Assembly (NCBI GenBank): GCA_963828255.1
Contig: CAWHDZ010000023.1
Location: 23,090-87,089 of the forward strand
DNA from: an uncultured delta proteobacterium
Lineage (GTDB): Bacteria > Myxococcota > Myxococcia > Myxococcales > Anaeromyxobacteraceae
Reading direction: 5' to 3'
Length of the DNA stretch: 64,000 bases
This document shows positions 10,003 through 19,697 of this stretch, piece after piece. The position numbers and the translations under genes are program-made. Numbering within the stretch: the first letter of the stretch is position 1; the number at the start of each line of letters is the position of its first letter. The notes under the pieces were generated by a model. It made no database searches. It was given only the letters and a program-made list of their open reading frames with translations, and was not told where the DNA came from.

Positions 10003-12213
10003 ATGTCGACGAGCCAGACCCACACCACCTTCTGCCGGATCTGCGAGTCGCTCTGCGGGCTCGAGGTCGAGGTCGACCAGGGACGGGTGGTGAAGATCCG
10101 CGCCGACGACGCGCACGTCGCCACCCGCGGCTTCTCCTGCCCGAAGGGGCTGCGCCAGCAGGAGATCTACTCCTCGCCGGACCGGCTGCTGGCTCCCGAG
10201 AAGCGCACCGGGGATGGATGGGAGCGGGTGGGCTGGGATCGCGCGCTCGGGGAGATCGGGGCCAAGGTCCGCTCCCTGCGGGCGGCGCACGGCCCGGACA
10301 GCATCGCCATGTACGTGGGGACGGCGGCCGGGTTCGGCGTGCTCCACCCGGTCTTCGCGCAGGGGTTCATGACCGGGATCGGCTCCCGCTCCATGTACTC
10401 GTCGTCCACGCAGGACTGCTCCAACAAGTTCGCCGTGGCCCGCGAGGTCTACGGCTTCCCCTTCACCCAGCCCTTCCCGGATCTGGAGCGGACCCGCTGC
10501 CTCGTCATCGTGGGGGCGAACCCGGTCATCTCGAAGTGGAGCTTCCTCCAGGTCCCCAACCCGGCCCGGGCCCTCCAGGCCATCGAGGAGCGGGGCGGGC
10601 GGGTCTTCGTGGTGGATCCGCGCCGGACCGAGACGGCGCGGGCAGCCGGTGAGCACGTCTTCATCCGCCCCGACACCGACGTCTTCTTCTACCTCTCCTT
10701 TCTGCGGGAGCTGCTGGCCGCCGGCGTCGACGAGGGGCGGGTCGCGCGCTTCGCCCGGGGGCTCGACGCGGTGCGGGAGCTGTGCGCGCCCTGGAGCCCG
10801 GAGCGCACCGCCGAGGTCACCCGCATCCCTCCGGAGAAGCTGCGGGAGATGGTGGCGGCCTTCCGGTCGGCCGACGGCGCGGCGCTCTACTCCTCGACCG
10901 GCGTCAACATGGGGTCGAACGGGTCGCTGGCCTTCTGGCTTCAGGAGGTGGCGAACTGCGTCTCGGGCAACCTCGACCGGCCCGGCGGCACGCTGGTGGG
11001 CAACGGGGTCATCGACTTCGCCGCGTTCGGGAAGAGGACCGGGACCTTGCTGCGGACCGATCGCTCCCGGATCGGCGATTTCCTCTCCGTGAACGATGCC
11101 TTTCCCGGAGGCGTCCTGGCCGACGAGATCCTCACCCCCGGCGACCGGCAGGTCCGGGCCCTCTTCGTCACCGGGGGCAACCCGCTCATCACCATGGCCA
11201 ACGCCGGGAGGCTGCGCGACGCCTTCCGGAAGCTCGAGCTCCTCGTCACCCTCGACCTCTTCAAGAACGAGACCGGGTCGATCGCCCACTACGTGCTCCC
11301 CTGCACCTCCCCGCTGGAGCGCCCCGACCTGCCCTTCATCTTCCCGCTCATGCTCGGGCTTCAGGAGAGGCCGTATCTCCAGGCCACCGATGCGCTGCTG
11401 GCGCCGCCGGGCGACGTCCGGGACGAGGCCTCCATCTACCTGGACCTCTGCCGGGAGAGCGGCGTCTCGCTCTTCGGGTCCCGCGTCGCGCAGGGGGTCC
11501 TGCAGGCCATGAAGCGGCTCTCGCCTCGCCCCGGGACGCAGCCGGCCCTCCCGCAGAAGCTCCTGCTCTCGGCGATCCTGCGGGCCACGAAGCAGGGTTC
11601 GTTCGGCGCGCTGCTCCGCGAGCGGCACGGGAGGCTCCGCGAGCCCAACCGGGGCGGGGATTTCCTGGGCGCGCGCGTGGTCACCGACGACCGGCTCGTG
11701 GACCTGGCCCCCGCGAGGCTCCTCGAGCAGGCGCGCAAGCTCGGCGACGACTTCGAGCGGGAGCGGGGGCGCCGCGACGTGCTCAAGCTCATCTCGCGGC
11801 GGGCCGTGACGACGCACAACTCCTGGACCCACAACATCGCGCCCTTCGCGGCCCCGGGGACGAACCTGCTCTACGTCCACCCGGAGGACGCGGCCCGGAT
11901 CGGGGTCGCCGACGGAGCACTCGCCGACGTCTCCACCCGGGTGGCCACCGTGCGGCTCCCGGTCAAGTACCTCCCCGACCTCATGCCCGGCACCGTGGCG
12001 CTCCCCCATGGGTGGGGGCACCAGCACGCCGAGGGACTCTCCATCGCTTCCAGGACAACGGGCGTCAACGTGAACCTGCTCGCCGCGGACGGCCCCGACG
12101 GGATCGAGCGGATGAGCGGAATGGCGCACCTGACCGGATTTCCCGTGGAGGTGCGGCCGGCTGCGGGCCCGCTCGACCCCCGGAGCTGGTCCGGCATCCC
12201 CGCGCCCCGGTGA
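10003..12213 (+). CDS. Molybdopterin-dependent oxidoreductase (bis-MGD family)
   Basis: N-terminal 4Fe-4S motif CRICESLCG...CPKG; GANPVIS, VVDPRRTETA, ALFVTGGNP; C-terminal molydop-binding domain (VHPEDAARIG, VALPHGWG). Confidence 0.92.
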   Translation: MSTSQTHTTFCRICESLCGLEVEVDQGRVVKIRADDAHVATRGFSCPKGLRQQEIYSSPDRLLAPEKRTGDGWERVGWDRALGEIGAKVRSLRAAHGPDSIAMYVGTAAGFGVLHPVFAQGFMTGIGSRSMYSSSTQDCSNKFAVAREVYGFPFTQPFPDLERTRCLVIVGANPVISKWSFLQVPNPARALQAIEERGGRVFVVDPRRTETARAAGEHVFIRPDTDVFFYLSFLRELLAAGVDEGRVARFARGLDAVRELCAPWSPERTAEVTRIPPEKLREMVAAFRSADGAALYSSTGVNMGSNGSLAFWLQEVANCVSGNLDRPGGTLVGNGVIDFAAFGKRTGTLLRTDRSRIGDFLSVNDAFPGGVLADEILTPGDRQVRALFVTGGNPLITMANAGRLRDAFRKLELLVTLDLFKNETGSIAHYVLPCTSPLERPDLPFIFPLMLGLQERPYLQATDALLAPPGDVRDEASIYLDLCRESGVSLFGSRVAQGVLQAMKRLSPRPGTQPALPQKLLLSAILRATKQGSFGALLRERHGRLREPNRGGDFLGARVVTDDRLVDLAPARLLEQARKLGDDFERERGRRDVLKLISRRAVTTHNSWTHNIAPFAAPGTNLLYVHPEDAARIGVADGALADVSTRVATVRLPVKYLPDLMPGTVALPHGWGHQHAEGLSIASRTTGVNVNLLAADGPDGIERMSGMAHLTGFPVEVRPAAGPLDPRSWSGIPAPR

Positions 12214-12394
12214 CTCCTGGATATCCCGCATACCCGACGGGGTCCTCCGGCATCCGTTTGTGACGCGGCGTGACATTGTGGGTGTGCGGCGCAAATTTGG
12301 AGGCGTTTCCCGGCATGTGGGATATACGGAGGGTTCAGATTCCCGCTCGAAGAGGCGGCCTGAAGCCGCTTTCCATGGGAAGGAGAGCCATCCG

Positions 12395-13402
12395 ATGAAG
12401 AGGATTCTTTGCGTTGTCGCGGCCGCGGCTGTCGGCCTCACTGCGGGTACGGTTCAGGCGCAGGGCTTCACGCCCGACCCGAAGATGAACTACCAGGTCC
12501 TGGCCTTGCGCGCCGTCGAGACCGGAAGACTGGAGGGGGTCGTGGCCTCGGTCGATCCGGCCAGCCGCAAGGTCGACATCAAGGGGCCGAGCGGCAGGGT
12601 TCGGACCATCAAGGCCGCCAAGAACATCCAGGGACTCGAGAAGATCAACGTCCAGGACGCGATCGTCGCCGAAACCTACCAGTCGGCCACGTTCCTGGTG
12701 GCGAAGAAGGGCGAGACCCTCATGGCGCCGGAGGTGGTGAGCGCCTTCCAGACTGCGTCCCGTCCCAATGAGGTCATCGAGGCCGGCGAGGTCATTGCCG
12801 AGGGGACCGCCACGGTGGCCGCGATCGACAAGACCGCGCAGGTCATCACGTTCACCGGCCCCGCGGGTCGCAGCTTCCCGATCAGGGTGGAGAACCCCGT
12901 CCTGCTCAGCGGCATCTCGGTCGGCCAGACCGTCGACTACCGCCTCCTCGAGCAGGTCGCCTTCGACGTGAAGGTGACGCCGAAGCCGGCCCCGGCGCCG
13001 CCCCCGCCGCCGCCCGCGCACGCCAAGGTCGAGGGCAAGAAGATCGTCATCGACGACGTGATCTTCTTCGACACCAACAAGGACACCATCCAGGCCAAGT
13101 CCTACGACATCCTGACGGACGTGGCGACCATCATGAAGGCCAACCCGAACTTCAACGTCCGGGTCGAGGGGCACGCCTCCAAGGATCCGAAGTCGGCGGC
13201 CCGCGGCAAGGCCGGCGCCGACTTCAACCTGAGGCTCTCGGACCTCCGCGCCAAGGCCGTCAAGGCCTACCTGGTGGAGAAGGGCATCGCCCCCGAGCGG
13301 CTCGAGGCAGTGGGCTTCGGCTGGAACCAGCCCATCGCGCCGAACGACACGAAGGAGGGGCGCTACAAGAACCAGCGCGTCGACTTCGTGATCACGAACT
13401 AG
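12395..13402 (+). CDS. OmpA-family peptidoglycan-binding protein with N-terminal beta repeats
   Basis: RBS AAGGAG; signal peptide; Pro-rich linker; C-terminal IFFDTN..VRVEGH..NLRLSDLRAKAV..GFG..PIAPN..NQRVDF. Confidence 0.9.
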   Translation: MKRILCVVAAAAVGLTAGTVQAQGFTPDPKMNYQVLALRAVETGRLEGVVASVDPASRKVDIKGPSGRVRTIKAAKNIQGLEKINVQDAIVAETYQSATFLVAKKGETLMAPEVVSAFQTASRPNEVIEAGEVIAEGTATVAAIDKTAQVITFTGPAGRSFPIRVENPVLLSGISVGQTVDYRLLEQVAFDVKVTPKPAPAPPPPPPAHAKVEGKKIVIDDVIFFDTNKDTIQAKSYDILTDVATIMKANPNFNVRVEGHASKDPKSAARGKAGADFNLRLSDLRAKAVKAYLVEKGIAPERLEAVGFGWNQPIAPNDTKEGRYKNQRVDFVITN

Positions 13403-13516
13403 CAGGCTGTTGACGTGTGGAACCCGTCGGCCCTGGTCGACCCGTTCGCGGGTCTCGGCCGGGGCCGATGTGTTTCTGACCGCTCCTGCGTCCGGGCCGT
13501 CGCGCGGGCCGGATGC

Positions 13517-14545
13517 TCAGCGGCGGTAGGACCAGCCGACGGACACCGTGAGGCGGTAGTCGCTCCTCGACGCGGTCTCGTCGGGCGGTCGGGTGTCGAA
13601 GGTGTACATGAGGTTCATCCCCACGTTGAAGTCCGAGAAGACCTCGTACTTCACCCTGCCGGTTGCCGTTCCGCGTACGCGCCCGAGGTCGTTCAGGACC
13701 GGCAGGATGGACAGCTCGATCTCGGTGTCGAGCTCGGGGCTGGCGTAGCGGAAGGCCCGCCAGGTGGCGTCGAAGTAGCCGGCGACGGCGACGTCCGAGT
13801 CGACCCCCGAATACTGCTCCCATGCCACGGTGAGCCCCGCGGCCAGCCAGAGCTCCATGAAGCTGTTCCGGATCGCCGCGTAGGCCATGTCGGCGCCGGT
13901 GGAAAGTCGCAAGTTGAGGCCGAGCTCGGCGTTCTGGTCGAGACCGCCGAGCAGGCTGACCCGCCAGGGCTTGAAGTAGTAGCTCCCGGTGAGCGCCAGC
14001 GAGTTGTCGGTGGTCGCCGCCACCTGCTCGCTGCCCTGGACGTAGGTGGTGAAGGTCGCGGACGTCCCGAACATCTCCCCCCGGTAATCGAAACCGCCGC
14101 CTGCCGAGAGGGTCAGGGCCTTGTTCGCCTTGGCGAGGGAGAAGCCCAGATCCGCGTTGGCGCGAACCCGGTTCCAGAACCCGGCGTCGACGGGCGTGAT
14201 TGACACGACCTCGCTCAGGCGCACGGACCGGGTCCCGACCAGGAGCTCGCCGTCCCCGCCGGCGTAGAGCGGGCCGAAGTAGGTGGTTCCGGACGAGAAC
14301 TCGACCGCGAACGCGTACGTGCTCTCGATCTGCGTCACCCGAAGCCACTCGATGGAGACCCTTCCCATGTCGTCGGTGCGGAGGCCCAGGCGGCCGAGCG
14401 ACATCTGGAGGATCTCGCCCGGGACGCGGAGGCCGCCGCGGAGCGTGACGACGTCGGTTCGTTCGCGGGCCTCGGCCCGCGAGGCCAGCAGGAGCAGCCC
14501 CAGACAGGCCACCCCGATCGGGACGGTGATTGCTCTGCGTGACAT
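13517..14545 (-). CDS. DUF481-like outer-membrane beta-barrel protein
   Basis: Signal peptide; DVVTLRGG..GEI N-terminal domain; alternating beta strands; ends VSVGWSYRR. Confidence 0.7.
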   Translation of the reverse strand: MSRRAITVPIGVACLGLLLLASRAEARERTDVVTLRGGLRVPGEILQMSLGRLGLRTDDMGRVSIEWLRVTQIESTYAFAVEFSSGTTYFGPLYAGGDGELLVGTRSVRLSEVVSITPVDAGFWNRVRANADLGFSLAKANKALTLSAGGGFDYRGEMFGTSATFTTYVQGSEQVAATTDNSLALTGSYYFKPWRVSLLGGLDQNAELGLNLRLSTGADMAYAAIRNSFMELWLAAGLTVAWEQYSGVDSDVAVAGYFDATWRAFRYASPELDTEIELSILPVLNDLGRVRGTATGRVKYEVFSDFNVGMNLMYTFDTRPPDETASRSDYRLTVSVGWSYRR

Positions 14546-14643
14546 GGCGGGAAGGCACACTAGCAGCGGGGCACCCCCAGATCCAATGGCGCCAACGTAC
14601 GGTTGCACGGTAAGATTCGTGGCTCGAAAAGGGAGGAATACAC

Positions 14644-15021
14644 GTGTCCAATTTCTGGGATCTGGTCTGGCTCATCTTCTCGTCGTTCATCTTCATCTCG
14701 TACCTCATCATCCTCTTCCAGATCGTGGTCGACCTCTTCCGCGACCCGGATCTCGGAGGGGGGTCGAGGGCCATCTGGATCATCGGGCTCATCTTCCTGC
14801 CCGTCTTCACGGCCATCGTGTACGTGCTCAGCCGCGGGAGGAGCATGTCGGAGCGGCAGCGCGCCAGCGTGCAGAAGGCCCGGTCGGAGACGGAGAACTA
14901 CATCCGGGAGGTGGCCGGAAAGTCGCCGGCGGACCAGATCGCGACCGCCAAGTCACTGCTCGACGCCGGGACCATCACCCAGGATGAGTACGCGAAGCTG
15001 AAGGCCAAGGCGCTCGCCTAG
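14644..15021 (+). CDS. PLDc_N-like TM hairpin + SHOCT domain protein
   Basis: RBS GGAGGA; DLFRD..AIWII..FLP TM region; C-terminal AKSLLDAGTITQDEYAKLK (SHOCT). Confidence 0.85.
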   Translation: MSNFWDLVWLIFSSFIFISYLIILFQIVVDLFRDPDLGGGSRAIWIIGLIFLPVFTAIVYVLSRGRSMSERQRASVQKARSETENYIREVAGKSPADQIATAKSLLDAGTITQDEYAKLKAKALA

Positions 15022-15034
15022 GGAGGATGGCGGG

Positions 15035-16506
15035 ATGACGGCCGGGCTGGTTCGGTGGTCGAAGCGCGCGGGGATCCTGGCGGTCGTCGTCGTCGTCACC
15101 CTCTTCGTTGGGCGCGTCGTCGAGACGCAGCGCGGGCCGCCGCTCCGCGTGTGGCACACCTACGTGCCGGAGGAGCTGACCGTCGACGAGATGGAGCGGA
15201 GCGACTGGGCCGGGTACGTCAAGGCCGAGGCGGCCCTCTTCGAACGCCTCGGCGCCGAGTTGAAGAGCGGCCTCGAGGAGGAGGACCGGATCCCGGGCAA
15301 CCGCTACTTTTACGGGAGCCCCATCTACCCGCCCCGGTTCCAGCAGGACTGGAACCGGTCCTACGTGCTCGAACCCGACGGTCCGCCCCTCGGCGCGGTC
15401 GTCTTCCTGCACGGGCTCACCGACTCGCCCTACAGCCTGCGTCACATCGCCCGGCTGTATCGTGCGGCGGGCTGGGTCTCGATCGCCCCCCGCCTCCCGG
15501 CCCACGGCACCGTTCCCGCCGCGCTGTCCACGGTGGAATGGGAGGAGTGGCACGCGGCGACCCGGCTCGCCGTCCGGGAGGCCCGGAGACGTGCCGGCCC
15601 CTCGACCCCGCTGCACATCGTGGGGTTCTCGAACGGGGGTGCGCTGGCGATGATGTACGCGCTCGACGCGCTCGGGGACAAGGCCCTGCCGCGGCCGGAT
15701 CGCCTGGTCCTCATCTCCCCCATGATCGGCGTGACCAGCTTCGCCCGCTTCGCCGGGGTGGCCGGGATGCCCGCCATGCTGCCGCGCTTCGCCAAGGCGG
15801 CCTGGCTCTCCAACATGCCGGAGTTCAACCCGTTCAAGTACAACTCGTTCCCGGTGAACGGCGCAACCCAGTCCCACCGGCTGACGCAGGTGCTCCAGGG
15901 CCGGATCGCCCGCTACGAGCGCGAGGGGCGTCTCGAGGAGATCGCCCCATCCTCACCTTCCAGTCGGTCCTCGACTACACCGTCCACACCAGGGCCATCA
16001 TCGAGGCGCTCTACGCCCACCTGCCCAGGAACGGGAGCGAGCTCGTCCTCTTCGACCTCAACCGGGCGGCGCTGTTCAGCCCGTTGCTCCGGAGCTCGAT
16101 GGAAACACTCGTGGAGCGCATGCTCCCAGATCCGCCGCGGAATTACCGGACCACCATCATCACGAACGGCCCGGAAGACCGGGAGGAGGTCGCGCGGGTC
16201 ATCGAGGCCGGCCAGACCACCGCGACCGTCCGGCCGCTCGGGCTCTACTACCCCCAGGACGTCTTCTCCCTCTCGCACGTGGCCTTGCCGTTCCCGCCCG
16301 GCGACGCGCTCTACGGGCTCCAGCCCGACGGGACGGAGGACTACGGGATCGCGCTCGGCGCCATGGCGGGCCGCGGGGAGCGCGGGGCCCTCGTCGTGAG
16401 CCTGGACGCCTTGCTGCGGGTGTCGTCGAACCCGTTCTTCGCCTACGTCATCGAGCGCATCGACGAGGGAATCGCCCCGCGGCGACCGGACTCCGCGGCG
16501 CGGTGA
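15035..16506 (+). CDS. Alpha/beta hydrolase, frameshifted near 15948
   Basis: VFLHGLTDSP and GFSNGG nucleophile motif in the first frame. Coding continues in another frame (PILTFQSVLD...SLSHVALPF) after a short C-run, consistent with a 1-base deletion. Confidence 0.8.
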
Positions 16507-16537
16507 TCTGGCTCGGATCTCGCCCGGGCGCGGCGGT

Positions 16538-18253
16538 TCACTTCGCCTCGCCGGACGGGGTCTGCCCGAGCCAGGCGTGGGCCGCGGCGGCGGCCTGGTT
16601 CACCGATGCGCCGAGCTGCTCGGTGGCGAGGAAGACGTTCTCCTCGCCGATGATCTGGAGGGTGCCGGTCCGGGCCAGCTGTTCCCGGGCGGCGGGATCG
16701 ATGCCGACCAGCATGAGCCTGCCCCCGCGCCCCTGCAGGGCCCGGGCGTAGCGCTGCAGGACGGCGATGAACGTGCTCCCTAGGTCGGTCTTCCCGCGAA
16801 GGGCCAGGGCCACGACGGCGCGTGAGGAGCCCTCCACGGAAGGCAGCAGGTCCCCGACGTTCTTCGCGGCGGCGAAGAAGAGGCTGCCGTTGACGATCAG
16901 AACGGTCAACTGGTTGCTGGGAGCCTGGCGCGGAGCGGGCCGGATCTCGGGCATCCCTCCGGGAACGAGCACGATCTCGCTGACCTCGGCCCGCTTCGAC
17001 TCGCGGGTGACGTGAAGGAGCATGGTGACGGCCACCCCGAGGAGCACCGCGAAGTGCAGGGGCAGGAAGAGGGTGGCGAGGAACGTGACCGACATCGCCG
17101 CAGCGGGCGCCCACCCCGTCTTCCACGCCGTCAGGGCCGGCTCGATCCGCAGTCCCTGGAAGCCGGCCACGATGAGGAGCGCCGCCAGGGCGGGCATGGG
17201 AACCATCTCGGCCAGCGGGGCGGCCAGGAGCACGATGACGGCGACTGCGATGCCACCGAAGACGTTGGTCCAGCGGGACCGGGCGCCGGCGCCGAGGATG
17301 AGGGCGGTGCCGGAGATGGATCCGCCCGCCGGGAGGCCGCCGACGAGCCCGGTGGCGATGTTGGCGGCTCCCTGGCCGAGGAAGTCGCGCGAGACGTCCG
17401 GGAACCGTCCATCCGGGTTGATGTACGCCTGGCTGACCCCTGCGCCCTGGACGAGCCCGATGATGGCCACCGACAGGGCCGGGAGCAGCATGGTGAGGAG
17501 CATCGCGGGCTCGGGCAGGGAGAGCTCAGGGAGGCTGCGCGGGATGCTCGAGACGTCGCGCACGATCCGGACGGCGCTCCAGCCCTGCCCGGGGTCGAGG
17601 GCCGGGAGCGAGAGCAAGGCCAGGAGGCCGGTGGCGAGCGCGATGGCGAGGACGAAGGCGAACTTGCTCAACCGGGATCGCAGCAGGAGGACGATCGCGC
17701 CCAGGGCCAACCCGCCGATGACGGTGGTCCGGACGTCGACCCGGTGGAGGCGCAGAAGGAGGTCGAGGGCGCGGGCCACGGCGTTGGGGAACGCGCTCCG
17801 GTAACCGGTCAGCTCCCCGAGCTGGCCCAGGATGATGAGCACCGCCACGCCGTTCAGGAACCCGGTCATGACCGGGTCGGAGACGAAGCGCAGGATCGAG
17901 CCGGTCTTGAGCACGCCGGCGAGCAACTGGATCACGCCGACCAGGAGGACGAGCGCCGCCAATGCCGCGAGGCGATCGCCGGGGGCGATGTCCGCAAGCT
18001 CCGCTCCCGCCGCCACCGCCGTCGCCGCGGTGGTGGAGACGTTCATGAACACCGAGCCGGTGGTCACCGCGGCCACCGGGACCGCGACCATCAGGGTGAA
18101 GATGCCCATCACTGGGTTCACGGTGGCGAGGAGGGCATGGCCCATGGCCTGCGGCACCGCGACGACCGCGAAGGTGAGGCCGGCCACCAGGTCCGCCTTC
18201 AGATCCGCTCGGGCGGGGGCGAGCGACTGGACCTTCCGGAGGAACGAGGGCAT
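16538..18253 (-). CDS. SulP family anion (sulfate) permease with STAS domain
   Basis: DLVAGLTFAVVAVPQAMG, FVSDPVMTGFLNG, GQGAANI motifs; C-terminal STAS (NGSLFFAAA). Confidence 0.92.
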   Translation of the reverse strand: MPSFLRKVQSLAPARADLKADLVAGLTFAVVAVPQAMGHALLATVNPVMGIFTLMVAVPVAAVTTGSVFMNVSTTAATAVAAGAELADIAPGDRLAALAALVLLVGVIQLLAGVLKTGSILRFVSDPVMTGFLNGVAVLIILGQLGELTGYRSAFPNAVARALDLLLRLHRVDVRTTVIGGLALGAIVLLLRSRLSKFAFVLAIALATGLLALLSLPALDPGQGWSAVRIVRDVSSIPRSLPELSLPEPAMLLTMLLPALSVAIIGLVQGAGVSQAYINPDGRFPDVSRDFLGQGAANIATGLVGGLPAGGSISGTALILGAGARSRWTNVFGGIAVAVIVLLAAPLAEMVPMPALAALLIVAGFQGLRIEPALTAWKTGWAPAAAMSVTFLATLFLPLHFAVLLGVAVTMLLHVTRESKRAEVSEIVLVPGGMPEIRPAPRQAPSNQLTVLIVNGSLFFAAAKNVGDLLPSVEGSSRAVVALALRGKTDLGSTFIAVLQRYARALQGRGGRLMLVGIDPAAREQLARTGTLQIIGEENVFLATEQLGASVNQAAAAAHAWLGQTPSGEAK

Positions 18254-19614
18254 CAGGCTCTCCTGTCGCCGTGGCAGAACTTGAACTTGCGCCCGCCACC
18301 ACAGGGGCAGGGCTGGTAGGGATCGCGCTGGGCGTCCTCCCCGGCCACCCACGCCATCACCTCGGCCGGCGCCTTCCGGCTCCGGAGCAGGTTCGCCATC
18401 ACCTGCATCGCAGGGCGCGTGTGCTGGAAGAAGGCCTCCAGCCCGGCGCACATGTAGTTGTGGCCCGGCTCGCCGTCGGCGGAGGTCGCGAAGCGATCCT
18501 TGGGGCATCCCCCGTTGCAGAGGAAGCGAACCTCGCAGCGCTGGCATTGCGCGGTGAGCCGGTCACGCTTGTCGTCGCCGAACCGGCGCAGCTTGGGCGA
18601 GGCCACGAGCTCGACGAGCGGGGTCTCGTGGATGTTGCCGAGTTCCTGGCCGGGCTCGACGAAGTGGTCGCAGGTGTAGAGGTCTCCGTTGTGCTCCAGC
18701 GCCGGGCCGTAGCCGCAGGTGGGGGCGTGGATGCACAGGAGGTGACGTCCGAAATGGGCCTCGAGGGTGACGTCGAAGAGCTGCACGTAGACGCTCCCCA
18801 CGTCGCGACGGACCCACTCCTCGAAGACGTCGACGAGGAAGCGGCCGTACTCCGCGCCGCCCACCGAGCGGCCGGTGACGAGTGCGCCGGTCTGCGTGTA
18901 GAGGGGGCGCTTCCCGCGGCCGGGCCGGTCGCTCCAGCCCTCGTTGGCGGCGCCGAGGGTCTCCTCGGTGGCGCGCTCGACGATGGGGATGAACTGGATC
19001 CACTGTGCCGAGAGCTCGTCCCGGAAGAAGCGGTAGACCTTCCGGCCATGCTCCTGGTTCGCGGCGTTGACCGTGCAGAGGACGTTGAAGGGGACGTCAT
19101 GGGCGCGCAGGCGGCGCCAGCCCTCCAGGACGCGGTCGAAGGTGCCCTGGCCGCGCCGATCGAGCCGGTAGGCGTCGTGCAGCTCGCGCGGTCCGTCCAC
19201 GCTCAAGCCCACGAGGAAGTCGTGCTTCTTGAAGAAGGCGCACCATTCGTCGTCGAGGAGGATCCCGTTGGTCTGGAAGGTCTGCCGGACGACCTGTCCC
19301 GGCCGGCGGTGCTTCTCGACCAGCTCGACCGCGCGGGCGAAGAAGGGGAGCCCCATGAGCGTCGGCTCTCCCCCCTGCCAGGCCACCGTCACCTCGGGTG
19401 TCCGGTGGGCCTCCAGCAGCTGGCGGATGTAGGCCTCGAGGGTGGCCTCGGACATCCGCTGCTTGTCGCCGGGATAGAGCGCATCCTTGGACAGGAAGAA
19501 GCAGTAGGTGCAGTCGATGTTGCAGGTGGACCCGCTCGGCTTGGCCAGGAGGTGGAACGCCGGCGGCGAGAGCGCCGACGGGATCTGGACCGGTGCGGCG
19601 GGCTCGACGGACAT
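18253..19614 (-). CDS. Anaerobic sulfatase-maturating radical SAM enzyme (anSME) with SPASM and SEC-C motif
   Basis: CNIDCTYC radical SAM motif, WQGGEPTL, GDLYTCDHFV, C..C....C.GGCP SPASM; C-terminal PCPCGGGRKFKFCHG. Confidence 0.95.
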   Translation of the reverse strand: MSVEPAAPVQIPSALSPPAFHLLAKPSGSTCNIDCTYCFFLSKDALYPGDKQRMSEATLEAYIRQLLEAHRTPEVTVAWQGGEPTLMGLPFFARAVELVEKHRRPGQVVRQTFQTNGILLDDEWCAFFKKHDFLVGLSVDGPRELHDAYRLDRRGQGTFDRVLEGWRRLRAHDVPFNVLCTVNAANQEHGRKVYRFFRDELSAQWIQFIPIVERATEETLGAANEGWSDRPGRGKRPLYTQTGALVTGRSVGGAEYGRFLVDVFEEWVRRDVGSVYVQLFDVTLEAHFGRHLLCIHAPTCGYGPALEHNGDLYTCDHFVEPGQELGNIHETPLVELVASPKLRRFGDDKRDRLTAQCQRCEVRFLCNGGCPKDRFATSADGEPGHNYMCAGLEAFFQHTRPAMQVMANLLRSRKAPAEVMAWVAGEDAQRDPYQPCPCGGGRKFKFCHGDRRA

Positions 19615-19697
19615 GCGCGGGGCCTCGAGGGAACGACGCGACGACCGGACCGGAGTCCGGCCGCCGCGCCAGTGTTTTCACGGACCGCGAAGGCGGC

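Noticed and set aside
10003..12213. Possible selenoprotein, given selC in the window
   Set aside because: The molybdoenzyme ORF has no in-frame TGA; the stop at 12211-12213 follows a complete C-terminal domain.
12259..12275. CRP-like site TGTGA...TGACA upstream of the OmpA-family gene
   Set aside because: Spacing (7 nt) and the second half-site do not fit TGTGA-N6-TCACA.
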